Shown here: piece after piece, positions 1 to 8,300 of the stretch
Position numbering within the stretch: position 1 is the stretch's first letter
Layout: each line of letters opens with the position of its first letter
Source: an uncultured Candidatus Rokubacteria bacterium
GTDB taxonomy: Bacteria; Methylomirabilota; Methylomirabilia; Rokubacteriales; DASRDR01
Assembly: GCA_963805625.1 (NCBI GenBank)
Contig: CAWDVE010000013.1
Span: forward strand, 256,001-320,000
DNA: 64,000 nt
Reading direction: 5' to 3'
The notes under the pieces: model-generated
The model's database searches: none
The model's input: only the letters and a program-made list of their open reading frames with translations
What the model was told of the DNA's origin: nothing
Position numbers and translations under genes: made by a program

Positions 1-120
1 CTGCTCGAGGCCTCGCCCAGTCTCGAGCGAGTCGAGTTCACCTCGCCGGTGACGAAGGGTCGGGACCGCGAGCAGTTCCGGCTTCGCGCCACCTGGGAGC
101 GGAGCGGGGGAGGGCGCTAG
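1..120 (+). CDS. C-terminal end of a GspL/PilN-like type II secretion protein (5' partial)
   Basis: Frame 1 reads LLEASPSLERVEFTSPVTKGRDREQFRLRATWERSGGGR*, typical of a PilN/GspL periplasmic C-terminus; lies directly upstream of the GspM-like gene. Confidence 0.65.
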   Translation: MLEASPSLERVEFTSPVTKGRDREQFRLRATWERSGGGR

Positions 121-121
121 G

Positions 122-736
122 GTGCCTGCCCTCCGTCCGCGCGAGCGCCGTCTCCTCGTTGCCGCGGGGCTGATCGGGATCGGGGTAGCGGGCTACGTCT
201 ACATCGTCGAGCCCCTGATCGAGGCGCACGCCGCGACCCGCGAGCTGGTGGTCGCCCGGCGCGGCCTCCTCGCCCGCCAGGAGCGCCTCGTCGCCCGGTC
301 GGAGGCATATGACCGGGAACTGGGAGCGCTCCGCACTGAAATCGCCCGCCGCCGAGGCCGACTGCTGGCCGGCGACAAGGCGCCCGTGGCGGCGTCGGAG
401 GTCCAGAAGCTGGTCAAGACGACAGCGCAGGAGGCTGGCATCGAGGTCCGCAGCGAGCGGATCCTCGCCCCGGTGGATCGCGGGGGGTACGCGGAGGTTC
501 CAGTCGAGGTCACGCTCTCCGGCCCGATCCGCGGCCTGACGACCTTTCTCTACCGTCTCGAAGAGGCGCCCATCCTCCTGGCGCTGACCGACCTCAAGGT
601 GCGTGCCCCGGCGACGGGCGCGATGCGCGATCTGTCGGCGACGATCGCGCTCAGCGGATTCATCCCGGCGTTGCCGAGCTCGGGCCCGCCGCCCCGTCCG
701 GCGACCACCGCGCCAGCCGCGCGACCCGGAGGCTGA
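122..736 (+). CDS. gspM: Type II secretion system protein M (GspM/PilO-like)
   Basis: N-terminal 'RERRLL' plus TM helix, coiled coil, then a ferredoxin-like periplasmic domain (VEVTLSG..LTTFLYRLE); operon context. Confidence 0.75.
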   Translation: MPALRPRERRLLVAAGLIGIGVAGYVYIVEPLIEAHAATRELVVARRGLLARQERLVARSEAYDRELGALRTEIARRRGRLLAGDKAPVAASEVQKLVKTTAQEAGIEVRSERILAPVDRGGYAEVPVEVTLSGPIRGLTTFLYRLEEAPILLALTDLKVRAPATGAMRDLSATIALSGFIPALPSSGPPPRPATTAPAARPGG

Positions 737-739
737 GCC

Positions 740-1414
740 GTGGCGCGGCGCGTCCTCCTGCTCGTCGACGGTCTCCTGCTCGTGGCCGCGGCATTCCTCG
801 GAGTTCGCCTCTACGAGGCCTGGGGCGCGCGCACGCCCGCCGCACCGCCGGAGGCGCCGCCGGCGGTGTCAACCGAGGCGGCTCCGCCGCCGGCCGCCAC
901 CTCGCCCCGGACTCCGCTCACGGCCTTCGCCGTCGTCGCCGAGCGCAACCTCTTCAGTCCGACGCGGACCGAGACCGCCCCGGAGCCGCCCCGCCCCGCG
1001 GCCGGGGCCGGAGCGCAGGCCCCCCCGGCGCCGAAGCCGCGGCTCTACGGGGTCGTGCTCCTCGCGGAGGGACGGGGCCGGGCCTACCTGGAAGACGTGC
1101 AGCGGCGACGGGTCTTCGCCTACTCGGTAGGGGACGTCGTCGGGGATGCCCGCCTCGAGCAGATCAAGCCGGATCGGGTAGTGCTGCGCCGAGGTGGCGA
1201 AACCTTCGAGGTGCTGCTTGCCGATCCTTCGAAACCTCGGCAGTCCAGCGTACAATCGCCAGGGGCTGGAGGAGCGGGCCGTCCGGCAGTGGCGGGGCCA
1301 CCGGTGCCCCAGCCGACCACGGGCATCCGTTCCCCCGGCCGGCCGCGGGTCGCCGTGCCGCCTCCTGCGCCGCCCAGTACGGAAACGCAGGAACAGCCGA
1401 CCGAGGAAGAATGA
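740..1414 (+). CDS. Type II secretion system protein C-like (GspC HR domain)
   Basis: N-terminal TM, 'RNLFSP', Pro-rich linkers and the HR-domain pattern 'LYGVV...YSVGDVV..ARLEQIKPDRVVL'; stop overlaps gspD start. Confidence 0.7.
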   Translation: MARRVLLLVDGLLLVAAAFLGVRLYEAWGARTPAAPPEAPPAVSTEAAPPPAATSPRTPLTAFAVVAERNLFSPTRTETAPEPPRPAAGAGAQAPPAPKPRLYGVVLLAEGRGRAYLEDVQRRRVFAYSVGDVVGDARLEQIKPDRVVLRRGGETFEVLLADPSKPRQSSVQSPGAGGAGRPAVAGPPVPQPTTGIRSPGRPRVAVPPPAPPSTETQEQPTEEE

Positions 1415-3759
1415 TAGAGAAGCTGGCGCGCCGCCGGATCGCGGTCCTCGGCCTCGCCGTCCTCGGCGGATGCGCGGGCCCCGGAGCCAGCGGGCCCAAG
1501 CCCCCGCCCAGCTCCCAGGTCGCTGTGACCGTGACCGCGGAACCGGCGCCTGCCGATCGCCCGGTCGCCTTGCCCAGCGTCCCGCCTCGTCCCGAGACGG
1601 AGAGCGGGGCGACCGTTCCCCCGCCCCTCGGTTCGCCCCCAGCCGCTCCGGAACGGGGAACGACGGCCCAGGCGGCGCCCGGCCGACCCATCACGCCACC
1701 GGCCCGGGCCGGGCGCCAGATCGTCCTCAACTTCGACAACGCCGACATCGAGGCCGTCATCCAGGCGGCGAGCGAGATCGCCGGGTTCAACTACACGATC
1801 GGTCCTGGCGTCGCCGGGAAGAAGGTCACGATCCAGACCTCGGGCCGGATCCCCGAAGAAGAAGTCTTCAACGTCCTCCTGGCTGTGCTCGAGGTCAACG
1901 GCGTCACGGCCGTCCGCTCGGGCAATCTCTACAAGATCCTGCCGACCACCGCGGCCCGAGAGCGGCCGGTGCCCACCGTCATCGGTGCCCAGGCGGACCC
2001 TACTCGGCGCGACGACGAGGTGATCACCCAGATCGTGCCCCTCCAGTACCTCCCGGCTGACCGGGTCGCAGCGACGCTACGGTCATTCGTCCAGGGCGGC
2101 AACCTCGTCGTCCAGGGCAACCTCCTGATCGTCACCGACACCGCCGCCAACGTGGCGCGCATCCTTCAGATCGTGCGCGTGCTCGACGTGGAGGTCGCGA
2201 CCGACGATCTCCGGCTGATCCCCGTCCGGTACGCCGACGCGGTCGAGCTGGCGCGGATGCTGAACGAGTTCTTCAGCGGCCGGCGCGTCCGCACCTCGGT
2301 GGCCGCAGTCCCCGTGCCGGCTCCACCGCGCCCCGGGGCGCCGCCCGCAGCGCCGGGCGTGGCCGGAGCCGCTGGAGATTCCGGGGACCGCTCCCCCCTG
2401 ATCCTCGCCGACAAGCGTACCAACGCGCTGCTCGTGTCCGGCCGGCGGTCCGACGTCGAGCTCGCGTCCAAGCTGACCGGCCAGCTCGACGTGGACACCC
2501 AGGCCAACAAGCGCGTGTTCGTCTACTACGTGGAGAACGTCAAGGCGAAGGAGCTGACCGTGACACTGACGGAGATCTTCGGCAAGCCCGGGGAGGGTGT
2601 GGCGCGGCCCCTGCAGCTGGGAACCGGAGCCAGCCAGGGGACCGGGGGCGCGCCCCAGCCACCTTCTCCTCTCGTGACGGTCGTCGCGACAGGGACCGAC
2701 CTCGAGCCAAGCGTCGTCGAAGGCCAGGTCAAGGTCGTCGCCGACGAGCCCAACAACGCGCTCATCGTCACGACATTCCCACGCAACTGGCCCCTCATCG
2801 AGGACACGATCCGGAAGCTCGACCGGATACCGAAGCAGGTCCTCATCGAGGTGCTGGTCGCCGAGGTGGGGCTGAACGACGAGAACCGCCTCGGTCTCGA
2901 GTGGACACTCCGGACCCAGCGCGACGTCACGATCGGCGGTCAGCCCTACAACGTTGGCTCCGTGTCACGCGTCGACGTTGGGCCGCCGTCTTCGCTCCCC
3001 GGCCAGACGCCGACGGCGACCCTGCCTTTCCCGACGGTAGCCGTGCCACCCGTAGCCGGGCTTACCTTCCTCCTGTTCGAGACCGACCGATTCCTCAGCA
3101 TGCTTAACCTCTACGCCAACTACGGTCAGCTGACCGTGCTCTCGAGTCCGACGATCATGACCTCGGAGAACAAGAAAGCCGTCATCAACGTGTCGAACTC
3201 CGTGCCCATCGTCACGCAGCAAGTCGTGTCCCAGACCGGGATCGCGACCACGTCCCCCACGCCCCAGCAGGCCCCGACGAACGTTCTCACCCAGGCCGTC
3301 GAATACCGGGACGCCGGCATCATCCTCACGGTCACGCCCCGCATCAGCGACAGGCGGGTGGTCGCTCTCGATGTGAAGCAGACCGTCAACGACGTCGGCG
3401 ATCCCCGGCCGCCGAGCGGCTCCCCAGATATCATCAAGCGGGAGGCTGAGACGTCCGTGGTCCTGCGGGACAACCAGACGCTGGTATTGGGAGGACTCAT
3501 CCGAAGCCGGCGAGCCAGCACGAAACAGGGTATCCCATGGCTGTCCAAGATCCCGGTCATCGGCTTCCTGTTCGGCGCCACCGTCGATCGAATGGAGCGG
3601 ACCGAGCTCCTGATACTGATTACCCCTCGCGTGATCGGGGACCCCAGCGAGGGCCAGGAGATCCTCAAGCAGGTGCGCGAGCAGCGCCCGGGCTTGGAGA
3701 AGGACCTGCGTCTTCACCCGAACATCCTCCGGCCGGAGGCGGAGCCGGCGACGCCATGA
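1411..3759 (+). CDS. gspD: Type II secretion secretin GspD (lipoprotein signal)
   Basis: N0 domain 'LNFDNADIEAVI', N-domains, 'QVLIEVLVAEV' and the secretin signature 'GIPWLSKIPVIGFLFG...ERTELLILITPRVI'; lipobox-like LGGC. Confidence 0.93.
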   Translation: MIEKLARRRIAVLGLAVLGGCAGPGASGPKPPPSSQVAVTVTAEPAPADRPVALPSVPPRPETESGATVPPPLGSPPAAPERGTTAQAAPGRPITPPARAGRQIVLNFDNADIEAVIQAASEIAGFNYTIGPGVAGKKVTIQTSGRIPEEEVFNVLLAVLEVNGVTAVRSGNLYKILPTTAARERPVPTVIGAQADPTRRDDEVITQIVPLQYLPADRVAATLRSFVQGGNLVVQGNLLIVTDTAANVARILQIVRVLDVEVATDDLRLIPVRYADAVELARMLNEFFSGRRVRTSVAAVPVPAPPRPGAPPAAPGVAGAAGDSGDRSPLILADKRTNALLVSGRRSDVELASKLTGQLDVDTQANKRVFVYYVENVKAKELTVTLTEIFGKPGEGVARPLQLGTGASQGTGGAPQPPSPLVTVVATGTDLEPSVVEGQVKVVADEPNNALIVTTFPRNWPLIEDTIRKLDRIPKQVLIEVLVAEVGLNDENRLGLEWTLRTQRDVTIGGQPYNVGSVSRVDVGPPSSLPGQTPTATLPFPTVAVPPVAGLTFLLFETDRFLSMLNLYANYGQLTVLSSPTIMTSENKKAVINVSNSVPIVTQQVVSQTGIATTSPTPQQAPTNVLTQAVEYRDAGIILTVTPRISDRRVVALDVKQTVNDVGDPRPPSGSPDIIKREAETSVVLRDNQTLVLGGLIRSRRASTKQGIPWLSKIPVIGFLFGATVDRMERTELLILITPRVIGDPSEGQEILKQVREQRPGLEKDLRLHPNILRPEAEPATP

Positions 3760-4400
3760 ACGAGGCCCTGGTCGCACGGGCTGCCCGCCGCCGCTGGTCG
3801 GCCCGCGTCCGTCACAGCGTCACGGCCCTGGTCATCGCGACCCTCCTGGGAGCCTGCGAGGGGGGCTCCGGCCAGAGCGGGAGCGCGTTCGTCTTCCTGA
3901 CCGTCGACAGCTTCTCGCTCAGCGTGGGTGGAACGCCCATCTCGAGCGTCCCCTCCTCCACCGCCACGGGGACGACGACGATGGCCTGCGTCACCCTCCG
4001 CAATAATCTCAAGAACCCGACGGTCACCGCGGGCACCGCCCTGGATAACGTGACCGTCCGGTCGTACACGGTGACGATCACGCCGCTGACGGGTGGAAGT
4101 CTCGGGGGTCCGTTCACTTTCGGGACCGCCGTGCTCGTTCCCGCGGGCACAGTTGCCACGGGCGTTGTCAGCAACAACACGGCAACGTTCGCCGTCGTGC
4201 TGGTTCCGTCGGGGTCGAAGGGCAGCCCCGGGACGGCAGCCACGGTGGAGATCACGTTCCGCGGACGCGACGGACGCGGGCAGGCCGTCGAGGCCGACGG
4301 CGCCGTCACGGTCCTGTTCACGAGCGGGCTCGAAACGGACTCGACCTGCTCGGGCACGACGGGCGGCACCGGAGGAACCGGCGGCACCACCACGTCCTGA
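3756..4400 (+). CDS. Hypothetical Thr/Gly-rich lipoprotein cotranscribed with gspD
   Basis: ATG at 3756 overlaps the gspD stop (ATGA); lipobox LLGA-C; beta-rich body; GGT-repeat tail. Confidence 0.7.
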   Translation: MNEALVARAARRRWSARVRHSVTALVIATLLGACEGGSGQSGSAFVFLTVDSFSLSVGGTPISSVPSSTATGTTTMACVTLRNNLKNPTVTAGTALDNVTVRSYTVTITPLTGGSLGGPFTFGTAVLVPAGTVATGVVSNNTATFAVVLVPSGSKGSPGTAATVEITFRGRDGRGQAVEADGAVTVLFTSGLETDSTCSGTTGGTGGTGGTTTS

Positions 4401-4438
4401 CCGGCTCCGAGTGGACGCCGCCGCCAGGCGGCGCCGGA

Positions 4439-5533
4439 CTACCAGCGGAAGAGCGAGGCCCCCCAGGCGAAGCCTGCCCCGAAGGCGGCGGTGAGGACTA
4501 GGTCGCCCTCCCGGATCCGCCCCGCGGTGAAGGCCTCGTGGATGCAGATCGGCACCGAGGCCGCCGACGTGTTCCCGTACTTGTGCACGTTGTTGAACAG
4601 CTTGTGCTCCGGGATCTTGGCGTGCTCGGCGATCGCGTCGAGGATCCGCTGGTTTGCCTGGTGGAACAGGAAGAAGTCGATGTCCTCCGGCGTCAGGTCG
4701 TTGGCTTCCAGCGCCTCCCGCAAGACCTCCTTGAAGCGCCGCACGGCGTGGGTGAACACGGCTCGCCCGTTCATCGAGGGCCTCGCCCGCCCGTCGTCGA
4801 TCTTCTTCTTCGACACGATCGGGTAGGTCGACGAGCCGTAGATCTCGCCGAAGAGCTTGTCGAGGATCGTGCCGTCCTGGTGGAGGTGGTGCGAGATGAA
4901 CCCGCTCCGCGAGCTGGCGTCGACGGATTGGAGCACGACGGCCCCGGCACCGTCCGCGAAGAGCACGGCCATGTCGCGGCCCCGATCCGAGTACTCGAGC
5001 ATCGTCGACAGCCCCTCGGCGCCGACCACGAGCACCTTCCAGTAGCTGCCGATTCGGATGAACGCGTCGGCCACCGCCAGCGCGTACACGAATCCGGAGC
5101 ATCCTTGCTGGAGGTTCAGCACCGGCGTCGATGAGAGGCCGAACTTCGCCGACATGACGGCGCCGGTGTGCGGGTACGCGTACTCGGGGATGGTCGTGGT
5201 GACGATGATGAAGTCGATGTCGTCGATCTGGAGCCCGGCGTTCTTGAGGGCCATCTCGGCCGCCTCGCGGCCGAGGTCGGCGGGCGTGAGGTCCGCGTCG
5301 ATCTTCCCGTCGACACCGTGATCGTAGACCTCGCGAACGTACGCGGCCTTGTCGGGCGCCTCGGCGAGTCTCTGCAGGAATCGGAACGTGCTCGGCAGCA
5401 CGCGGCGTTCCTTGATCCCGGTGCGCTGGGTGATCCACTCGTCGGAGGTGGTAAAGCAGCGCGCGAGCAGGTGGTTGTCCACCACGCAGTCGGGCAGCGC
5501 CATACCCGTCCCGATGATCTTCGCCTTGCGCAT
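4439..5533 (-). CDS. fabH: 3-oxoacyl-ACP synthase III family protein
   Basis: 'TSDEWITQRTGIKERR'; catalytic Cys (QGCSGF), His (HQAN) and Asn (YGNTSAAS); 'AFGAGFAWG'. Confidence 0.9.
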   Translation of the reverse strand: MRKAKIIGTGMALPDCVVDNHLLARCFTTSDEWITQRTGIKERRVLPSTFRFLQRLAEAPDKAAYVREVYDHGVDGKIDADLTPADLGREAAEMALKNAGLQIDDIDFIIVTTTIPEYAYPHTGAVMSAKFGLSSTPVLNLQQGCSGFVYALAVADAFIRIGSYWKVLVVGAEGLSTMLEYSDRGRDMAVLFADGAGAVVLQSVDASSRSGFISHHLHQDGTILDKLFGEIYGSSTYPIVSKKKIDDGRARPSMNGRAVFTHAVRRFKEVLREALEANDLTPEDIDFFLFHQANQRILDAIAEHAKIPEHKLFNNVHKYGNTSAASVPICIHEAFTAGRIREGDLVLTAAFGAGFAWGASLFRW

Positions 5534-5570
5534 GGCTACCTTTCGCGATCGGAAGGTTACAGGCGCCGCC

Positions 5571-5600
5571 AGCCTACTACCCCCTCTCGAAAGCTGTCAA
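5571..5600 (-). promoter_or_regulatory. Putative sigma70 promoter for fabH
   Basis: Minus strand TTGACA-N18-TAGGCT, ending 38 nt upstream of the ATG. Confidence 0.55.
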
Positions 5601-5644
5601 GGATTGGGAATCTCTTCCGCGGCGGGAGCTTGCGTCTGGTCGTC

Positions 5645-6436
5645 CTACCCGCCCGTGAACCGCGGCGGCCGCTTCTCGAAGAAGGCGCGGACCCCTTCTC
5701 GATGGTCGGCGCTCGCGATCATTGACCCCTGCGTGAGCGCCTCCCAGTGGAGCGCCGACTCGAGGTCGAGGCCCGGGGCGCGGTCGAGGAGCGCCTTCGC
5801 CGCGGCCAGCACCTGGGGTGGGCCGTCCGCAATCCGCCGCGCCAGCGCGTAGGTCTCCGACTCGAGGTTGCCCGCGGGCACGACCCGGTTGATCAGCCCG
5901 ATTCGCTCCGCCTCCCGCGCGTCGATGATGTCGGCGGTGAAGACCAGCTCCTTGGCTCGCGCGAGGCCGACCCGGCGCGGAAGGAAGTAGGTCCCCCCGG
6001 CGTCCGGGATCAGGCCGATCCGGGCGAACACTTCCCCGAAGCGCGCCCGGTCGGACGCCACCACGAGGTCGCATGCCAGCGCGAGGTTACAGCCGGCTCC
6101 CGCCGCCGCCCCATCGACCATGGCGATCGTCGGGGTCCGGAACCGCCCCAGAGCCAGGATCACACGGTTGATGGCCTCGACCCGGGACTGGCCTTCCGCG
6201 GCCGTCATCGGATTGTCGCGCATGAACTTGACGTCACCGCCCGCGCAGAAGTGGTCGCCGGCGCCGCGAACCAGCAGCACTCGAACGCCGGCGTCTTGAT
6301 CGAGCTGCGCGAGTGCGGCCTCGAGGTCCCGGCGCATCGTCATGTCGAGCGCGTTGCGGACCTCCGGCCGGTTCAACGTGAGCGTGGCCACGCCGTCGGC
6401 GCACGCGGTCAGGATCGTTCGCGTCTCCGGGACCAT
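5645..6436 (-). CDS. Enoyl-CoA hydratase/isomerase (crotonase) family protein
   Basis: 'TLNRPEVRNAL', 'FCAGGD', 'AAGAGCNLALACD', 'GLIPDAGGT', 'DHREGVRAFFEKRPP'. Confidence 0.92.
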   Translation of the reverse strand: MVPETRTILTACADGVATLTLNRPEVRNALDMTMRRDLEAALAQLDQDAGVRVLLVRGAGDHFCAGGDVKFMRDNPMTAAEGQSRVEAINRVILALGRFRTPTIAMVDGAAAGAGCNLALACDLVVASDRARFGEVFARIGLIPDAGGTYFLPRRVGLARAKELVFTADIIDAREAERIGLINRVVPAGNLESETYALARRIADGPPQVLAAAKALLDRAPGLDLESALHWEALTQGSMIASADHREGVRAFFEKRPPRFTGG

Positions 6437-6457
6437 CCGAGCCCTCCTCTACCCCGG

Positions 6458-6853
6458 TCAGACGCCGGGCGCCGAGACCGCGACGACCATCGCGGGCGGC
6501 CGCCGAGAGACCGGACGCTCGCGAATCACCAGAACCATCAGCGTGGCGGCGAACGCGACCAGCGCCGCGCCCAGCGAGCCGACGCCGAGGAGAATGCCGA
6601 AGCACGCCAGGACCACGCGAGGGCCCCACCGATCGGCGAGCCGACCGACGATCGGCCCCCTGGCCCCGTTGAAGAGAAACGACAGCGAGGCCACGAGGGA
6701 GAGCGCGGTCCGGTCCCAGCCGAACTTCGTCTCCATCGGCTTGATGAAGACGCCGAAGGCGCTTCGCACCCAGGAGGCGGCCAGGAGCGCGAGCGCGGTG
6801 CCTCCGATGATGACCCACGCGTAGTGCACGCGACCGGCGCCCCGCGTCGTCAT
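6458..6853 (-). pseudogene. Internally deleted MFS transporter (about 131 aa)
   Basis: Oxalate/MCT-type MFS N-terminus (HYAWVI..., FGVFIKPM...GWDRTALS, motif A 'GRLADRWGPR') joined directly to a last-TM/C-tail; about two thirds of a 12-TM MFS is missing. Confidence 0.7.
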
Positions 6854-7815
6854 CGGCTCCACTCCCGGAGCCAGGCCGTCTTCGACCCTCGGTCGTGCCG
6901 CCTCATCAGCGCGACGACCTCCTCGCGCGTGGGCATGGCATCCACCGCGCCCCGGCGCGTGCACGTCAGGCCTCCCGTCGCGCTGGCGACGAGGAGCGCG
7001 TCCTCGATGGGCGCCCCGGCGGCCAGGGAGGCCGCGAGCGCGCCGCTGAAGGCGTCGCCGGCGCCCACCGTGTCGATCGCCTCGACCGGGAAGGCCGGCA
7101 CCCGGACGGTTCCGCCCGCCCCGACGGCGATCGCTCCCGCCTCGCCGAGCGTCACGACCACGGTGGACACTCCGCGGGCGACGAGCGCGCGACCCGCGGC
7201 CTCCGCGTCGGCCGGGCTCCGGACCTCGCGATCCGTGAGCAGCCCGGCCTCGATCTCGTTGGGCGTGAGGTAGTCTACCAGCGCCAGCAGATCGGCAGGA
7301 AGCGGAAGAACGCGTGCCGGCGCGGGATTGAGCATCGTCCGCTTCCCGAGACGCCGCGCCTCGCCGAGCGCCCAGCGCACCGTGTCGATCGGCGTCTCGA
7401 GCTGCAGAAGCACGACGTCGGCGCTCCGGAGGAGATCCACGTGGCTTCGGGCCCGATCGGGCGTGAGCAGGTGGTTCGCCCCCGGCGCGACCGCGATCTG
7501 GTTGCGCCCCTCCGGGTCGACCGCGATGAGCGCGACGCCCGTGGGCGCCTCGGTCGTGCGCCCGATCGGTCCGGGCGGAAGGCGAGCCTCCGCCAGGGCC
7601 GATGCGAGGCGGTCTCCCATCGGATCGGATCCGAGCAGGGTGACGAACGCCACGTCAACCCCGAGGCGGCGGGCCGCCACCGCCTGGTTCGCGCCCTTCC
7701 CTCCGGGCGACGTAACCAGGGTGCCGCCCGACACCGTCTCCCCGACACCCGGGAGCCGCGGGACGGTTACCGTGAAGTCGAGGTTGGAGCTTCCGATCAC
7801 GCAGACGGTGGCCAC
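6850..7815 (-). CDS. rbsK: Ribokinase (PfkB family)
   Basis: 'VIGSSNLD', 'GGKGANQAVAA', 'NPAP', 'NEIEA', 'DTVGAGDAF'; GTG start preceded by a GGGGAGG RBS. Confidence 0.92.
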   Translation of the reverse strand: MATVCVIGSSNLDFTVTVPRLPGVGETVSGGTLVTSPGGKGANQAVAARRLGVDVAFVTLLGSDPMGDRLASALAEARLPPGPIGRTTEAPTGVALIAVDPEGRNQIAVAPGANHLLTPDRARSHVDLLRSADVVLLQLETPIDTVRWALGEARRLGKRTMLNPAPARVLPLPADLLALVDYLTPNEIEAGLLTDREVRSPADAEAAGRALVARGVSTVVVTLGEAGAIAVGAGGTVRVPAFPVEAIDTVGAGDAFSGALAASLAAGAPIEDALLVASATGGLTCTRRGAVDAMPTREEVVALMRRHDRGSKTAWLREWSR

Positions 7816-7992
7816 GACACCTCCCCCTGCTGGGCGAGCGACAGGACATTGAACGGCATACAGTGCGGGTGGCGCGGCCTGGACCCTCCGCGCACCCAGC
7901 ATCGCTCCGTTGCGTCGTCCTCCCATGATCTCGGCCCGGAGACGGCTGGGGCACCCGGCCACCCATGCTCCTGGCGTCTCGCGCCACCCCGA

Positions 7993-8023
7993 TTGACGCC
8001 CGAGCAGCGGCGTCTGATATCAT
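7993..8023 (+). promoter_or_regulatory. Putative sigma70 promoter (extended -10) for the selenoprotein gene
   Basis: TTGACG-N19-TATCAT with TGn directly before the -10. Confidence 0.45.
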
Positions 8024-8069
8024 CGAGACGGCTCGGGACCGGACGACGGGCCGGAAAGGAGAAACAAGG

Positions 8070-8300
8070 ATGAACATCCAGATCACCTACTGCACCGAAT
8101 GAGACTACTACCCACAGGCCTCCAGTTTGCAGGCCGCCATCAAGAAGGAATTCGGAGTCACCGCTAGCCTCCAGGGCGGACACGCCGGGGTGTTCGACGT
8201 GACGCTCGACGGCAAGCGTATCTACTCGAAGGACGAGACCTACCGCTTCCCCACGAACGAGGAGGTCTTCGCCGGCATCCGAGCGCATCAGAAGGCCTAA
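8070..8300 (+). CDS. SelT/SelW/SelH (Rdx family) selenoprotein, 76 aa, CxxU motif with TGA at 8100-8102 read as Sec
   Basis: Reads MNIQITYCTE-U-DYYPQASSLQAAIKKEFGVTASLQGGHAGVFDVTLDGKRIYSKDETYRFPTNEEVFAGIRAHQKA*; matches Rdx hallmarks (I.I.YCxxU, GxFDV..DG..IYSK...RFP); AGGAG RBS upstream. Confidence 0.88.
8117..8135 (+). other. Putative bacterial SECIS hairpin
   Basis: GGCCT-C-CA-GTT-TG-C-AGGCC stem-loop with a G-containing apical loop about 22 nt after the UGA. Confidence 0.6.

Noticed and set aside
4350-4397. Short GGC-ACC-type repeats at the end of the lipoprotein gene
   Set aside because: Low-complexity Gly/Thr coding linker, not a CRISPR array or DNA-level repeat element.
3714-5438. 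574-aa Arg-rich alternative-frame ORF, and many similar Arg/Pro/Gly-rich ORFs across the window
   Set aside because: Off-frame products of GC-rich genes that overlap well-supported CDSs.
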